Assembly (NCBI GenBank): GCA_003566885.1
Contig: PXBO01000068.1
Coordinates: forward strand, 5,313 to 69,312
Source: Opitutia bacterium
Lineage (GTDB): Bacteria > Verrucomicrobiota > Verrucomicrobiia > Opitutales > T3Sed10-336
DNA length: 64,000 nucleotides
Direction: 5' to 3'
Shown: in pieces, positions 45,253-56,428 of the stretch
Layout of the letters: every line of letters begins with the position of its first letter
Position numbering within the stretch: the first letter of the stretch is position 1
Translations under genes and position numbers: made by a program
The notes under the pieces: model-generated
Told to the model about the DNA's origin: nothing
What the model saw: the letters and a program-made list of their open reading frames with translations, nothing else
Database searches by the model: none

Positions 45253-46115
45253 CGGACCAGTCCGTCGAAGAGATGGTGAATGGGTTTGTCGGTGCGGGCC
45301 AGCACGTGACGAATCTGTCGCCGTGTGGCCAGATCGCGCAGGCTGCGCAGGTGAGCGGCGAATGCGTCCTCGTAGGCAGTGCGCAGGTGTTCGATATGGG
45401 CGATCTCCCGGCGGCCGGTCTCCATGTCGATGAAGGCGGTCAGGCCGCGGCCCCGCAGGGAGATTTCGTCCGGGTGCACCAGGTGGTAGAGGTGGATTTT
45501 AAAACCGCGGTGGATCCAGGGGGAGAGCGCTTCGAAGATCTCGCCGGGATTGTCCAGAAAATCGGATACGATCACCAGAGTGCCGCGACGCCTCACCAAT
45601 GGGAGTGCCCGGCGGAGGGATTCGCCCAATTTCGTTTGGCCGGCGGGCCGGTTGGTCTCGAGGGAATTGAGGATGCGGTGCAGGTGCCGGTTGGTGCTGC
45701 CGGATGGAAAGAACTCACGGGGCGCGGTGTCGAAGATCTGCAGGGAGACCTGGTCTCGGTTTTTAACGACCAGGTAGCACAGGGCGGCGGCGAAAAAGGA
45801 GGCGTGGTCGAGTTTGGACGCCGGTTGCCCGAAGCCCATGGAGGCGCTGCTGTCGAGGAGAATGTGACAGTCGGTGCTGGTTTCGATTTCGAAAGTGCGC
45901 AGGTACGGACGTTCGGTGCGGGCGTAAACGCGCCAGTCGAGACTTTTGATGTCATCGCCGGGTGAATACGGTCGATGATCGCGGAACTCCGTGGACAGGC
46001 CGGTGCGGTGCGATTGGTGACGGCCTGCCAGGTAGCCTTCCGCCAGGGCTTTGGGGGCGAACTCAAAACAGTTGAGGCGGGCGAGGTCTTCGGCCCTGAG
46101 GTATTTCCAGGCCAT
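45249..46115 (-). CDS. DUF58 protein (vWA-fold partner of MoxR)
   Basis: The internal ATG at 46115 is 4 nt after the moxR stop. GRHQSHRTGLSTEFRDHRPYSPGDDIKSLDWRVYARTERPYLRTFE is the canonical DUF58 core. The 372-aa track ORF extends into moxR and was rejected. Confidence 0.85.
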   Translation of the reverse strand: MAWKYLRAEDLARLNCFEFAPKALAEGYLAGRHQSHRTGLSTEFRDHRPYSPGDDIKSLDWRVYARTERPYLRTFEIETSTDCHILLDSSASMGFGQPASKLDHASFFAAALCYLVVKNRDQVSLQIFDTAPREFFPSGSTNRHLHRILNSLETNRPAGQTKLGESLRRALPLVRRRGTLVIVSDFLDNPGEIFEALSPWIHRGFKIHLYHLVHPDEISLRGRGLTAFIDMETGRREIAHIEHLRTAYEDAFAAHLRSLRDLATRRQIRHVLARTDKPIHHLFDGLVR

Positions 46116-46119
46116 GACG

Positions 46120-47115
46120 TCAATCGAGGTTTTGCAGCAGGTGGTCGATGATTTTATCCGCGCCGATCCCTTCCCCCGTCGCGTGGTAGCTGGGGATGAT
46201 CCGATGACGCAGAACCGGATGGGCGAGGTCGCGAACCTCCTCGATCGACGCCCCGTGCCGGCCGCGGGCCAGGGCGAGGGCGCGCGCGGCCAGAGTGAGA
46301 CATTGGGAGGCGCGCGGACCGGCGCCCCAGGCCACGTATTTGCGCACGTAGTCGTCCGCGCGATCACCCTTGGGACGGGTGGCGTTCACCAGTCCCAGGA
46401 TGGCGTCGAGGACGTGCTCGGGAAGAGGGACATCGTAAACCAGATTCTGGAGTTCGAGCAACTGCGCGCCGGTCAGCACCGTTTCCGGGGTGATTTTCTC
46501 GCGCTTCACGGTGCGACGAATGACCTCCTTTTCCTCGTCGATGTCCGGATAATCCACAGTGAGGTTGAAAAAGAAACGGTCGAGTTGGGCCTCCGGCAGC
46601 GGGTAGGTGCCTTCGTGTTCGATGGGGTTTTGGGTGGCGAACACCACGAAAGGCTCTTCCAGTACCAGGCTCTTGCCGGCTACGGTGACCTGTTTTTCCT
46701 GCATCGCCTCCAACAGAGCCGACTGCGTCTTGGGAGGGGTGCGGTTGATCTCATCGGCGAGGATGAGGTTGGCGAAGAGGGGACCCTGCAGGAACACGAA
46801 CCGCCTCCCTTCGGGGGTGTCCTGCAGGATCTCGCTGCCGAGAATGTCGCTCGGCATCAGGTCGGGCGTGAACTGAATGCGCCGGAAACTGAGCCCGAGG
46901 ACCTGGCCGAGCGTGCTCACCAGGAGCGTCTTGGCCAGGCCGGGCACCCCTTCGATCAGACAGTGGCCCTTGCAGAGCAGAGCGACCAGCATCCTCTCCA
47001 CAACCTGGTCCTGACCGACGATGACCTGGCCGAGGTTTTCCTTGATGCGTTTGATTTCGGTTTGCACGGTCTCCCACTGCTGGGAGGGTTGGGATGCGGG
47101 TGTGGGCGTATTCAT
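46120..47115 (-). CDS. moxR: MoxR-family AAA+ ATPase
   Basis: GQDQVVERMLVALLCKGHCLIEGVPGLAKT (Walker A), LILADEINR (Walker B) and VFATQNPIEHEGTYPLPEAQLDRF are present. I preferred the ATG at 47115 to the TTG at 47136. Confidence 0.9.
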   Translation of the reverse strand: MNTPTPASQPSQQWETVQTEIKRIKENLGQVIVGQDQVVERMLVALLCKGHCLIEGVPGLAKTLLVSTLGQVLGLSFRRIQFTPDLMPSDILGSEILQDTPEGRRFVFLQGPLFANLILADEINRTPPKTQSALLEAMQEKQVTVAGKSLVLEEPFVVFATQNPIEHEGTYPLPEAQLDRFFFNLTVDYPDIDEEKEVIRRTVKREKITPETVLTGAQLLELQNLVYDVPLPEHVLDAILGLVNATRPKGDRADDYVRKYVAWGAGPRASQCLTLAARALALARGRHGASIEEVRDLAHPVLRHRIIPSYHATGEGIGADKIIDHLLQNLD

Positions 47116-47467
47116 AAGTTCAGTAATGGGTCGCAAGCAAGAGGAGCGACGCGAACAGGGGAAGCAGTTGCTGTTTCATGATGTACCTGCGTTGGGTTTA
47201 GGGATTCTCGGTTGTTTATGAACGCCTCGAGTGATGATGGCAAGCCGAATTGACCGGCGCCCGGGCGCCCGATTTCGCACCACGGCAGCTGGAAGCGTTT
47301 CACGGATGCTTGTTCCAAGTATTACCATGGCTAATACCGGATGTTAATCGTAAATCTTTGTTTTGATGTGCGGGAGGAACAGGTTACTGTGGCCCAGTCT
47401 TTTCCGGTTCTGGTTTGGGCAAAAGGGATTGCCTGTGCGACTCGGGAAATTACACACTGATTTTTCC

Positions 47468-48157
47468 ATGCAAAATTTTGCTCGATTGTTCCGTTCCTCT
47501 CTGGGGAAGAAATATGTGATGGCCGTCAGCGGATTGATTCTGCTCCTGTTTGTCATCGGTCACCTGGTCGGCAATTTGCAGATTTTCGCGCATCCCGACG
47601 TAATCAACGCCTACGCCCACTTTCTCCAGAACCTGGGACCGGGCCTCTGGGCGGTGCGGTTGATCCTTCTCATCACGTTGGTGGCTCACGTTTGGGCGGC
47701 GGTGGAACTCACCCTGGAAAACAAAAGGGCTCGTCCCGAGACCTACCGCCAGGATGACACCATTCAGGCAAGTTACGCGTCACGCACCATGCGTATCAGC
47801 GGATTCATTGTGCTGGCGTTCCTGATTTTCCATCTCGCACATTACACGTTGCAGGTCGTCGACACTGAATACCAGGAAATGTACACCACATTGGCCGACG
47901 GGACGGAGGTCCACGATGTCCACGCCATGATGGTGAAAGGATTCCAAAGCGTCTGGATTTCCCTGTTCTACCTGGTCGGAGTCGGCTTGTTGAGCTGGCA
48001 CTTACGTCACGGATTCGCCAGCATGTTTCAGTCGATCGGCCTGCGTAACGCGACCATCGCGCAAACGCTGGAGAAGACGGCGATCGGGTTCGCCATTATT
48101 TATTTTCTCGGCAATGCCCTGATCCCCATCGCCGTCCTGGCCGGATGGGTTTCCTAA
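47468..48157 (+). CDS. sdhC: Succinate dehydrogenase/fumarate reductase cytochrome b subunit (b558 type)
   Basis: The ATG at 47468 gives MQNFARLFRSSLGKKYVMAVSGLILLLFVIGHLVGNL. There are five TM helices with conserved His residues, directly upstream of sdhA. Confidence 0.8.
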   Translation: MQNFARLFRSSLGKKYVMAVSGLILLLFVIGHLVGNLQIFAHPDVINAYAHFLQNLGPGLWAVRLILLITLVAHVWAAVELTLENKRARPETYRQDDTIQASYASRTMRISGFIVLAFLIFHLAHYTLQVVDTEYQEMYTTLADGTEVHDVHAMMVKGFQSVWISLFYLVGVGLLSWHLRHGFASMFQSIGLRNATIAQTLEKTAIGFAIIYFLGNALIPIAVLAGWVS

Positions 48158-48195
48158 CTTGATCCCGGCTAACGTTTCTTCCACCGCGACTTTCC

Positions 48196-50108
<1,913 letters not shown>

Positions 50109-50109
<1 letters not shown>

Positions 50110-50864
50110 TGGATCTGAAACTCAGAGTCTGGAGACAGAAGAACCGGGACGCCGAGGGCCGTCTCGTCGAGTATGACGCGAAGGACATCGATCCGGAAAT
50201 GTCTTTTCTGGAAATGCTCGACGTCATCAATGAACGCCTGGTGGCCGCCGGCGACGATCCCATTGCCTTCGATCACGACTGTCGCGAAGGTATTTGCGGC
50301 GCCTGTTCCGCCACCATCAACGGCATTCCTCACGGTCCCCAGCGGGCCACCACGGTGTGCCAGTTGCACATGCGGCATTTCAAGGACGGCGATGTGCTGA
50401 CCATCGAACCGTTCCGCGCCAAAGCCTTTCCCGTGGTTCGCGACCTGGTGGTCGACCGGAGCGCCTTTGACCGTATCATCGAAGCCGGCGGTTTCGTATC
50501 GGTTCGCACCGGCAGCGCTCCGGAAGCCAACACCCTTCCGGTTCCCAAGCAGGATGCCGACTGGGCCATGGACGCAGCGTCCTGTATCGGCTGCGGCGCT
50601 TGCGTGGCTGCTTGCAAGAACGCTTCCGCCATGCTCTTCGTCGCCGCCAAGGCCGGCCACCTGAACACGCTTCCGCAAGGCAAACCGGAAAAGGATCGGC
50701 GCGTTCTCAGCATGGTCGCCGCCATGGATGAAGCCGGTTTCGGCAACTGCACCAACCAATACGAGTGTTCCGCCGTCTGTCCGAAGTCCATCAGCGAAGA
50801 CTTTATCGCTCAGCTTAACCGCGACTACCTGAAAGCCTCGCTCAAAAAATGCCTGATGGGGTAG
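50109..50864 (+). CDS. sdhB: Succinate dehydrogenase/fumarate reductase iron-sulfur subunit
   Basis: The start overlaps the sdhA stop (TAATG). The three Fe-S cluster motifs are [20 protein letters not shown] and [12 protein letters not shown]. Confidence 0.9.
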
Positions 50865-50943
50865 TGGTGGGGAAGGCGGAACGGTTGGAGTCGCGTGGGG
50901 CGAGGGTCGTGGGGCGAGGGACGAGGGGCGATTCGATGGGGCT

Positions 50944-51999
50944 TCAGGGATGGCTTGCGCTCAGTCGGATGAAACGCCGCTGCGCGGAAGCGACGGGGGT
51001 GGTATCGCGCCAGGTTTCGGTGATGGTACCGTTGCCGTTGGAAGCGGACTCGACGAGCACTGCGTCGTTAGACCAGGCGCCGGGTTCGGGTGCGATTTGC
51101 ACTTGTAGAACAATGTCGCCGAGTTCTTCCCGGCGGGTAAAGGTGAGGGTCAGAAAGGTTTCCCCGCCGTTTTGGCCCTCGTGGGTGGCCACGGAGACCA
51201 GCGGCGGAGTTGCGGTTGTGGGAGTGTTTGGGTCGCCGAGCAGGACGAACTCCAGAAGATTCGCAACGCCGTCGCCGTCCGGGTCGGCGAATGGCCCGCT
51301 GACGGCTTCGTTCTGAAGTTCGTCTTCTTCGAAATTGTCGATGCGCCATTGTTCGAAGGGGGTTTGTTCGCCATTTTTTCCCAAGGCAAGAATGTTGTCG
51401 AAATGCAGTTCCATTTCCACCGGATCACCGGTCCAGGACGGATTCGTCGCCGAGAGAAGGCGCATCTCGTTAACCGCCGCCAGCGTTTGTTCGGCCGTGC
51501 CGGTCGCCCCGACCCCGGTCAGATTCTCCGGGGTGATGTCGATCGTGTGATGGTCCCATCCTGTTCCGGAATCGACCTGAATGGCAGAGGTCGTGGCGAA
51601 ACGGCCTCCCGGACCTTGCAGCGCCACCCGCACCGAAGCATTCGGACCGCTGACATGCCGCAGGTGAAAGCTGATGGCCGTGACTCCCGCTTCCAGAAAA
51701 TCGCCGGTCCATTGGCTGCGATTGAACATCACGATCATGCTTCCGGCGCCGAACCCGCCGGAGGAACTGACGGCGAGCGCGTGGTCGCCCGTCCCTTCCG
51801 GACCTTGGTCGGCAACCACTCGCGGGGCGTGTGCGTTGGCGATTCCGTGGGCCCAGTTCATGGTCGTTTGGTCCTGGAAATCGTCGATCTGGCCAAGTTC
51901 GATGGCTTGGGCGACGAGCGAAACGGAAAGAAGTGCCGGCAATGCCAGAGCAAGCGGGCCTCGCGGGGTGGAAGGGGAACACGTCGGTTTGTCCATCAT
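50944..51999 (-). CDS. Secreted hypothetical protein with a conserved C-terminal DPDGDG...RFIRL module
   Basis: I preferred the ATG at 51999 (MMDKP...LALALPALLSVSLVAQA signal) to the TTG at 52008. The C-terminus ADPDGDGVANLLEFVLLGDPN ... RRFIRLSA parallels the C-terminus of the CotH protein. Confidence 0.6.
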   Translation of the reverse strand: MMDKPTCSPSTPRGPLALALPALLSVSLVAQAIELGQIDDFQDQTTMNWAHGIANAHAPRVVADQGPEGTGDHALAVSSSGGFGAGSMIVMFNRSQWTGDFLEAGVTAISFHLRHVSGPNASVRVALQGPGGRFATTSAIQVDSGTGWDHHTIDITPENLTGVGATGTAEQTLAAVNEMRLLSATNPSWTGDPVEMELHFDNILALGKNGEQTPFEQWRIDNFEEDELQNEAVSGPFADPDGDGVANLLEFVLLGDPNTPTTATPPLVSVATHEGQNGGETFLTLTFTRREELGDIVLQVQIAPEPGAWSNDAVLVESASNGNGTITETWRDTTPVASAQRRFIRLSASHP

Positions 52000-52054
52000 A
52001 GCGTTCAAAGGTTAAGGGCGGGACGATTCATCGAAGCCTAAAGCAGGTGTTTTT

Positions 52055-52084
52055 ATATTGAAAGCACGAAATTTCATTTGTCAA
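52055..52084 (-). promoter_or_regulatory. Candidate sigma70-type promoter for the 50944-51999 gene
   Basis: The minus strand reads TTGACA (52084-52079), an 18-nt spacer, then CAATAT (52060-52055). It lies in an AT-rich stretch about 50 nt upstream of the start. This is consensus matching only. Confidence 0.3.
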
Positions 52085-52150
52085 AACAAGAATGCGAAGC
52101 CACAGAAACCCGGGGCAAGGGCAATGTCCGGCTCCGACGATTACTGAGCT

Positions 52151-52568
52151 CTACTTCGGATCCGAAGCTCTGTGCGGAACGCCGCAGACGGCGCTGTGGC
52201 CTCCGTGGGCGAAGTCCATAAAGGTCACCGGCAGGTTCCTCCCGTCGTCCAACTCAACGATGCCGGGCATGTAGTTGCGGTGGGTTTCTCCGAAGACGAG
52301 TTTAGAGTCGGACCAGGTGGCGCCTTCGTCGGCGCTTATCACGTATTTGATATCCATATACAGGCGTCCGGGAGGAGTTCCCGAGACGCCCGGGATTTCG
52401 CGGTCTTCGTCAGTGGGTGGCGAGGATCTCGCCGGAATCGATCTGAATCGTGCCTTTGGGGCCGCCCGCCGAATCTGAAATCAACTCCCAATCGATTTCC
52501 AGTCCGACGGCCGGCGTCATGGCGAAGAGAAGAAGAAACGGAATCAACGCGTGACGGTTCTTCTTCAT
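52151..52568 (-). pseudogene. Decayed BNR/sialidase-like gene fragment (frameshifted and truncated)
   Basis: A 52-aa ORF (52568-52410) encodes a signal peptide, MKKNRHALIPFLLLFAMTPAVG, then stops. A second frame is open from about 52480 to 52151 and carries a BNR repeat, SADEGATW. Together they give only about 139 aa, far short of a sialidase-fold domain. Confidence 0.35.
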
Positions 52569-52580
52569 CGCGGCGACGGG

Positions 52581-54440
52581 TCAGTCCTCGGCCGGTTTGC
52601 CCAGAAGTTCGACCACGGCGATCTGCATGGAACCACCGCCTCCCTGCACGCTCGGGAAGGTGACCTGGTAATGCCGGAAGGCTTGGTCGTTGCTAAATCC
52701 GTCGGCCCAGGTCGTGTGGCGGCCGGGGAAGGTGTCGACGGACCCCTGGGCGATTTCATGCCAATCGGTGCCGTCGTTCGAACCTCGGATCCGGTAACTT
52801 GCCGGGTCGCGCTCCGGGGCGTCGTTGGCGCTGGTGAGGCGTATCGCTCCCACCACCGCGGGCTGGGAAAGAGTGACCTGGAAGCCGGTCTCCTCCGACC
52901 CGCCGTCGAAGTGCAGGTACTTGGTGTCCGCGTTGCCGTCGATGGCGTTGGCCACGCCCTCGTTGCCTGGTGAATTTTCGTGCGGGATGGCGACGATTTC
53001 ATCGGAGGGCCCCGTCACAACGACGAGATCCGAATCCGGCTCGAACGGAGGAACGCCGGGGCCTTCGTAACCGAGGGCCGGCTTGCCGGAGTCGTAGAGC
53101 TTGCCGACCGACCAGAGGAGACCGCGGGCGACGAAGTCCTGGAAGACCGCGTGCTCCATTGTCTCATTGTGGTGGCCGATGGTGGTGCCGAAAACCCGCA
53201 CCCCTTCATATTCGTTGGTCCAGATCACGGTGTGATAACGATCGGTGTCCTGGCCGTAGGCGTGGGCGAGGGGGGTGGCGTTGTCGTAGATTTCCGCGAT
53301 CTCGTAAAGTTCGCCGCGCGGTGTCTGCCAGCCGTCTTCCGGGAAGCCTTGCATGATCGCATGTTCCGGCTCGAGGACTTCCACAAAAAACGGACGGTGG
53401 GCTTCGTGACGGTGACTGCGCACTCCGCCGAATTCGAACCAGCGGGTGGTTTGCGTGCGAAAGCTGTGAATGGCGCAATGCAGGAAAACCGCCGGTACGC
53501 CGAGATCGACATGCATGTCGACGATGCTTTCGATAGGTCCGGGGCCGGGAGTTCCGGTGATGCAGAAATTGTACACCACCACGTCGAAACCTTCCATCCA
53601 GTTTTCCTGATTGAAACGTTCGGGCCAATGATCGGAGTCGGTGCCGGCATCATGTTCGATCGTCCAATCGATCCGCGCCCGGTACCCAAGCCCCTCGGTC
53701 ACGATGCCCTCTTGGGCGGCGTAATCGTGCCAGCCGCCGCCGGTCACGTAGAGCGCTTTGATCGGTTCGGGTTCTTCAAGCTCACGCAGTTCGATATTGC
53801 GGTAATGGATGACCGAATCGGGGTCGTGGGCCTGGAGGGCCACGGTGCCACTGCCGAAGCGCCGGGGGCCGCTGATGCCTTCCGGTTCGGTGAAGTCCAT
53901 GACCTGCTCGCCGTCGACGTTCACTATGATCCGATTGCCGATCACTTTGAAATGCAGATGAAACCATTCTTCATCGACGTGAGGCGCGTCGTCCAGGATG
54001 TTGGCCACCGCGTAGATGGAGCCGGTCTTGATGCGGTCGCTGTGTGTGGCGTTGACCTGGACCTCGTGACCATGACGCGGCCAGCCGGTTTCCTGGTATT
54101 GGGTGTGGAAAAAGACTCCGGAGTTGGCGCGATGGAAAGTCTTTACATCCATCCGCATCTCGAAGTCGGTGAAATCGGCGTCGCCCACTTCCCCCTCGTA
54201 AAAGAGGTGCGCCCGGGGGCCGTCGACGATAATGATTCCGTCCTCGACAACAAAGGAGTCCGGATTTTCGGAAGCCCTCCAGCCGTCCAGGGTTTCTCCG
54301 TCGAAAAGGGAAATCCAACCCTCACCGTCGTCGGCTTTGAGGACGACAGCCATCAGTCCTGCGATCGCCGAAAACAGGGCGAAGCGACAAAAGCGGGTTC
54401 CAGGCAGAATCGTGTAGGGTGGTCTCGTTGTTTCGTTCAT
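52581..54440 (-). CDS. DUF1080 (3-keto-disaccharide hydrolase-like) + ThuA + F5/8 type C (discoidin) fusion protein
   Basis: 619 aa with an N-terminal anchor. DUF1080 motifs are WISLFDGETLDGWR...DFEMRMDVK...NSGVFFH...LQAHD...YRNIELREL. The ThuA region is ALYVTGGGWHDY...FGTTIGHHNET. The discoidin region is ANAIDGNADTKYLHFDG...YRIRGSNDGTDW. Confidence 0.8.
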   Translation of the reverse strand: MNETTRPPYTILPGTRFCRFALFSAIAGLMAVVLKADDGEGWISLFDGETLDGWRASENPDSFVVEDGIIIVDGPRAHLFYEGEVGDADFTDFEMRMDVKTFHRANSGVFFHTQYQETGWPRHGHEVQVNATHSDRIKTGSIYAVANILDDAPHVDEEWFHLHFKVIGNRIIVNVDGEQVMDFTEPEGISGPRRFGSGTVALQAHDPDSVIHYRNIELRELEEPEPIKALYVTGGGWHDYAAQEGIVTEGLGYRARIDWTIEHDAGTDSDHWPERFNQENWMEGFDVVVYNFCITGTPGPGPIESIVDMHVDLGVPAVFLHCAIHSFRTQTTRWFEFGGVRSHRHEAHRPFFVEVLEPEHAIMQGFPEDGWQTPRGELYEIAEIYDNATPLAHAYGQDTDRYHTVIWTNEYEGVRVFGTTIGHHNETMEHAVFQDFVARGLLWSVGKLYDSGKPALGYEGPGVPPFEPDSDLVVVTGPSDEIVAIPHENSPGNEGVANAIDGNADTKYLHFDGGSEETGFQVTLSQPAVVGAIRLTSANDAPERDPASYRIRGSNDGTDWHEIAQGSVDTFPGRHTTWADGFSNDQAFRHYQVTFPSVQGGGGSMQIAVVELLGKPAED

Positions 54441-54819
54441 GGTCTTGACGGTAGTTCGGTTTATTGTTCGTGATTCAATTGAAAATCGATAGCTTTCCGG
54501 CCCATCGAGGTCAACTCATAGCGACTGGAATGGAGTCGCGGACAAGGGGCTGACGGCGAAGTCGGGCGCCGAATGCTTTAGGTGTGGGTGCAGACTGGGT
54601 GAGTTATATACATCATGCAAGGAAATCCGGGTTTTTTCAATCCAGTTCGCCTTGAATGGGTTACCATTAATGGAATAGAGCCTAATTTCGGAGGCTGTGG
54701 AAAGCGGGGGGCCGGTTGCCTTGGCCGCTGGAAAGATATACATGGATCGGTTCTCGTCGGGCGCCCTGGAACTCCCGCGGTTCCCTTGCTTGACCTTTCA
54801 CGGCTTCTCGATAGGGTCG

Positions 54820-56418
54820 ATGCTCATTATGTTTTACCCGTTATCGAAGATTAATCCGAGCGTTTCCGCAATCCGTTGGTTCCTGGGCGCCTTGTTGTTG
54901 TGTGCGGCGAGCCCGGCCATGGGGGAAACGCCGTTTCGTTCTATTTTTAATGGTGAGGATTTGACCGGTTGGGACGGAGACGAGCGCTACTGGAGTGTTG
55001 AGGATGGGGTGATTGTGGGTGCGGCTGACGCCGGGGCCCTCGACCGCAATACCTTCCTGATCTGGAACCAGGGGGAGGTGGATGATTTCGAATTGCGCTT
55101 CCGCTACCGCATCACCAGCGACTGGGCGAATTCCGGGGTGCAGGTGCGTTCCGAGAGGCTGGAAGACTATGTGGTGGCGGGCTACCAGCCGGACATCGCC
55201 ACCGAAGACTGGATCACGGGCATTCATTTCGAGGAGCGGGGCCGCGGGATCCTGGCGCGCCGCGGCGAGCGCACGGTGATCGATTCGGAGGGGGAGCGGT
55301 CAACGACCCGGTTTTCGTCGGAGGAGGAATTGTACGAGGAAATCCGCCCTCGTGACTGGAACGATTACCATGTTGTCGCGCGGGGCAACCGCATAACCAC
55401 GAACATTAACGGCGCGCGTATGCACGAAATTGTGGACGACGCGCCCGAGGCCCGGCGCAGCGGCGTGATCGCGTTCCAACTTCATACCGGGCCGGCGATG
55501 CGTATCGAGTTTAAGGACATAGAATTGCGCCGCCTTCCGGTCGAGGACCGGCGCAAGGTGGTGTTTTGGGCGGGCCCCCGCAGCCACGGTTTCGGTCACC
55601 ACGAGCACAGGGCGGGCAGCCTGCTGCTGGCGGGAATGTTGAACGAACATTTTGGAGAGCAAATCATCGCCACGGTTTACAGCAACGGGCGTCCCGCGGA
55701 TCCCACGGCCTTCGACAACGCCAACGCCCTGGTGATGTTCAGCAACGGTGGAGGGGGGCATCCGGTGCGACCGCATCTGGAGGAGATCGATATTCTGGCC
55801 GATGCCGGAGTCGGGATTGGCGCCATTCACTACGCGGTGGAACCGCATCCCGATGATTCCGAATATTTCGAGCGCTGGCTCGGCGGGTACTTCCGTATCC
55901 ACTGGTCGGTGAATCCGCATTGGACCGCCCGTATTGAAACGCTGCCGGAGGACCCGCTCACCCGCGGGGTGCGGCCGTTCAGTCTCTACGACGAGTGGTA
56001 TTATCATATGGCTTTTCGTGATGAAATGGAAGGTGTGGTTCCCATTCTCAGCGCCCTGCCGCCGGAGGAATCACTCAATCGCCCGGACGGAGCTCACAGC
56101 AATAATCCGCATGTGCGGGAGGCGGTGTTGGAGCGCGGGGAACCTCAGCACCTGATGTGGCGCTCCGAACGACCCGGCGGCAAACGCGGATTCGGGATCA
56201 CCGGCGCTCACTACCATTGGAACTGGGCCCAGGATGATTTCCGCACTGCGGTGCTCAATGCGATCGTTTGGATTGCCGGGGCGGAAGTGCCGGAAAACGG
56301 CGTGCCGTCGCACACCCCAACGTTGGAGGAATTGCTGGAAAACCAGGCCTACGACATGCCGGAGAACTTCGATCTCGGACAAATCCAGGAGCAACTCGAC
56401 GCTTGGCGAGAGCGTTGA
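54820..56418 (+). CDS. DUF1080 + ThuA fusion protein (paralog of the divergent neighbour)
   Basis: The signal peptide begins at 54820 or 54829. DUF1080 motifs are FRSIFNGEDLTGWDG...DFELRFRYR...NSGVQVRS...FQLH.GP...FKDIELRRL. The ThuA-like region is KVVFWAGPRSHGFGHHEH...GIGAIHYAV. Confidence 0.8.
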   Translation: MLIMFYPLSKINPSVSAIRWFLGALLLCAASPAMGETPFRSIFNGEDLTGWDGDERYWSVEDGVIVGAADAGALDRNTFLIWNQGEVDDFELRFRYRITSDWANSGVQVRSERLEDYVVAGYQPDIATEDWITGIHFEERGRGILARRGERTVIDSEGERSTTRFSSEEELYEEIRPRDWNDYHVVARGNRITTNINGARMHEIVDDAPEARRSGVIAFQLHTGPAMRIEFKDIELRRLPVEDRRKVVFWAGPRSHGFGHHEHRAGSLLLAGMLNEHFGEQIIATVYSNGRPADPTAFDNANALVMFSNGGGGHPVRPHLEEIDILADAGVGIGAIHYAVEPHPDDSEYFERWLGGYFRIHWSVNPHWTARIETLPEDPLTRGVRPFSLYDEWYYHMAFRDEMEGVVPILSALPPEESLNRPDGAHSNNPHVREAVLERGEPQHLMWRSERPGGKRGFGITGAHYHWNWAQDDFRTAVLNAIVWIAGAEVPENGVPSHTPTLEELLENQAYDMPENFDLGQIQEQLDAWRER

Positions 56419-56428
56419 GGAAATCGGA

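Noticed and set aside
45249-46367. Long (372-aa) version of the DUF58 ORF and similar 5' extended track ORFs (41042-43342, 38238-41075, 37529-38290, 17256-19292, 19232-19963, 16432-17340, 15654-16340, 13305-14165, 5008-6186, 47363-48157)
   Set aside because: The extensions overlap the upstream gene or precede an internal ATG that yields a proper signal peptide or family N-terminus. I used the internal starts.
36636-47181. Series of plus-strand ORFs of 180-420 aa (for example 36636-37694, 37403-38665, 39390-40580, 41558-42409, 42491-43507, 44008-44895, 45273-45965, 46051-47181)
   Set aside because: All are antisense shadows of the minus-strand MoxR operon. None has a motif. The minus-strand frames carry MoxR, DUF58, BatA_N, vWA and DUF4159 signatures and tight start/stop coupling.
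52980-54473. 497-aa plus-strand ORF
   Set aside because: Antisense to the DUF1080-ThuA-discoidin gene and has no motifs.
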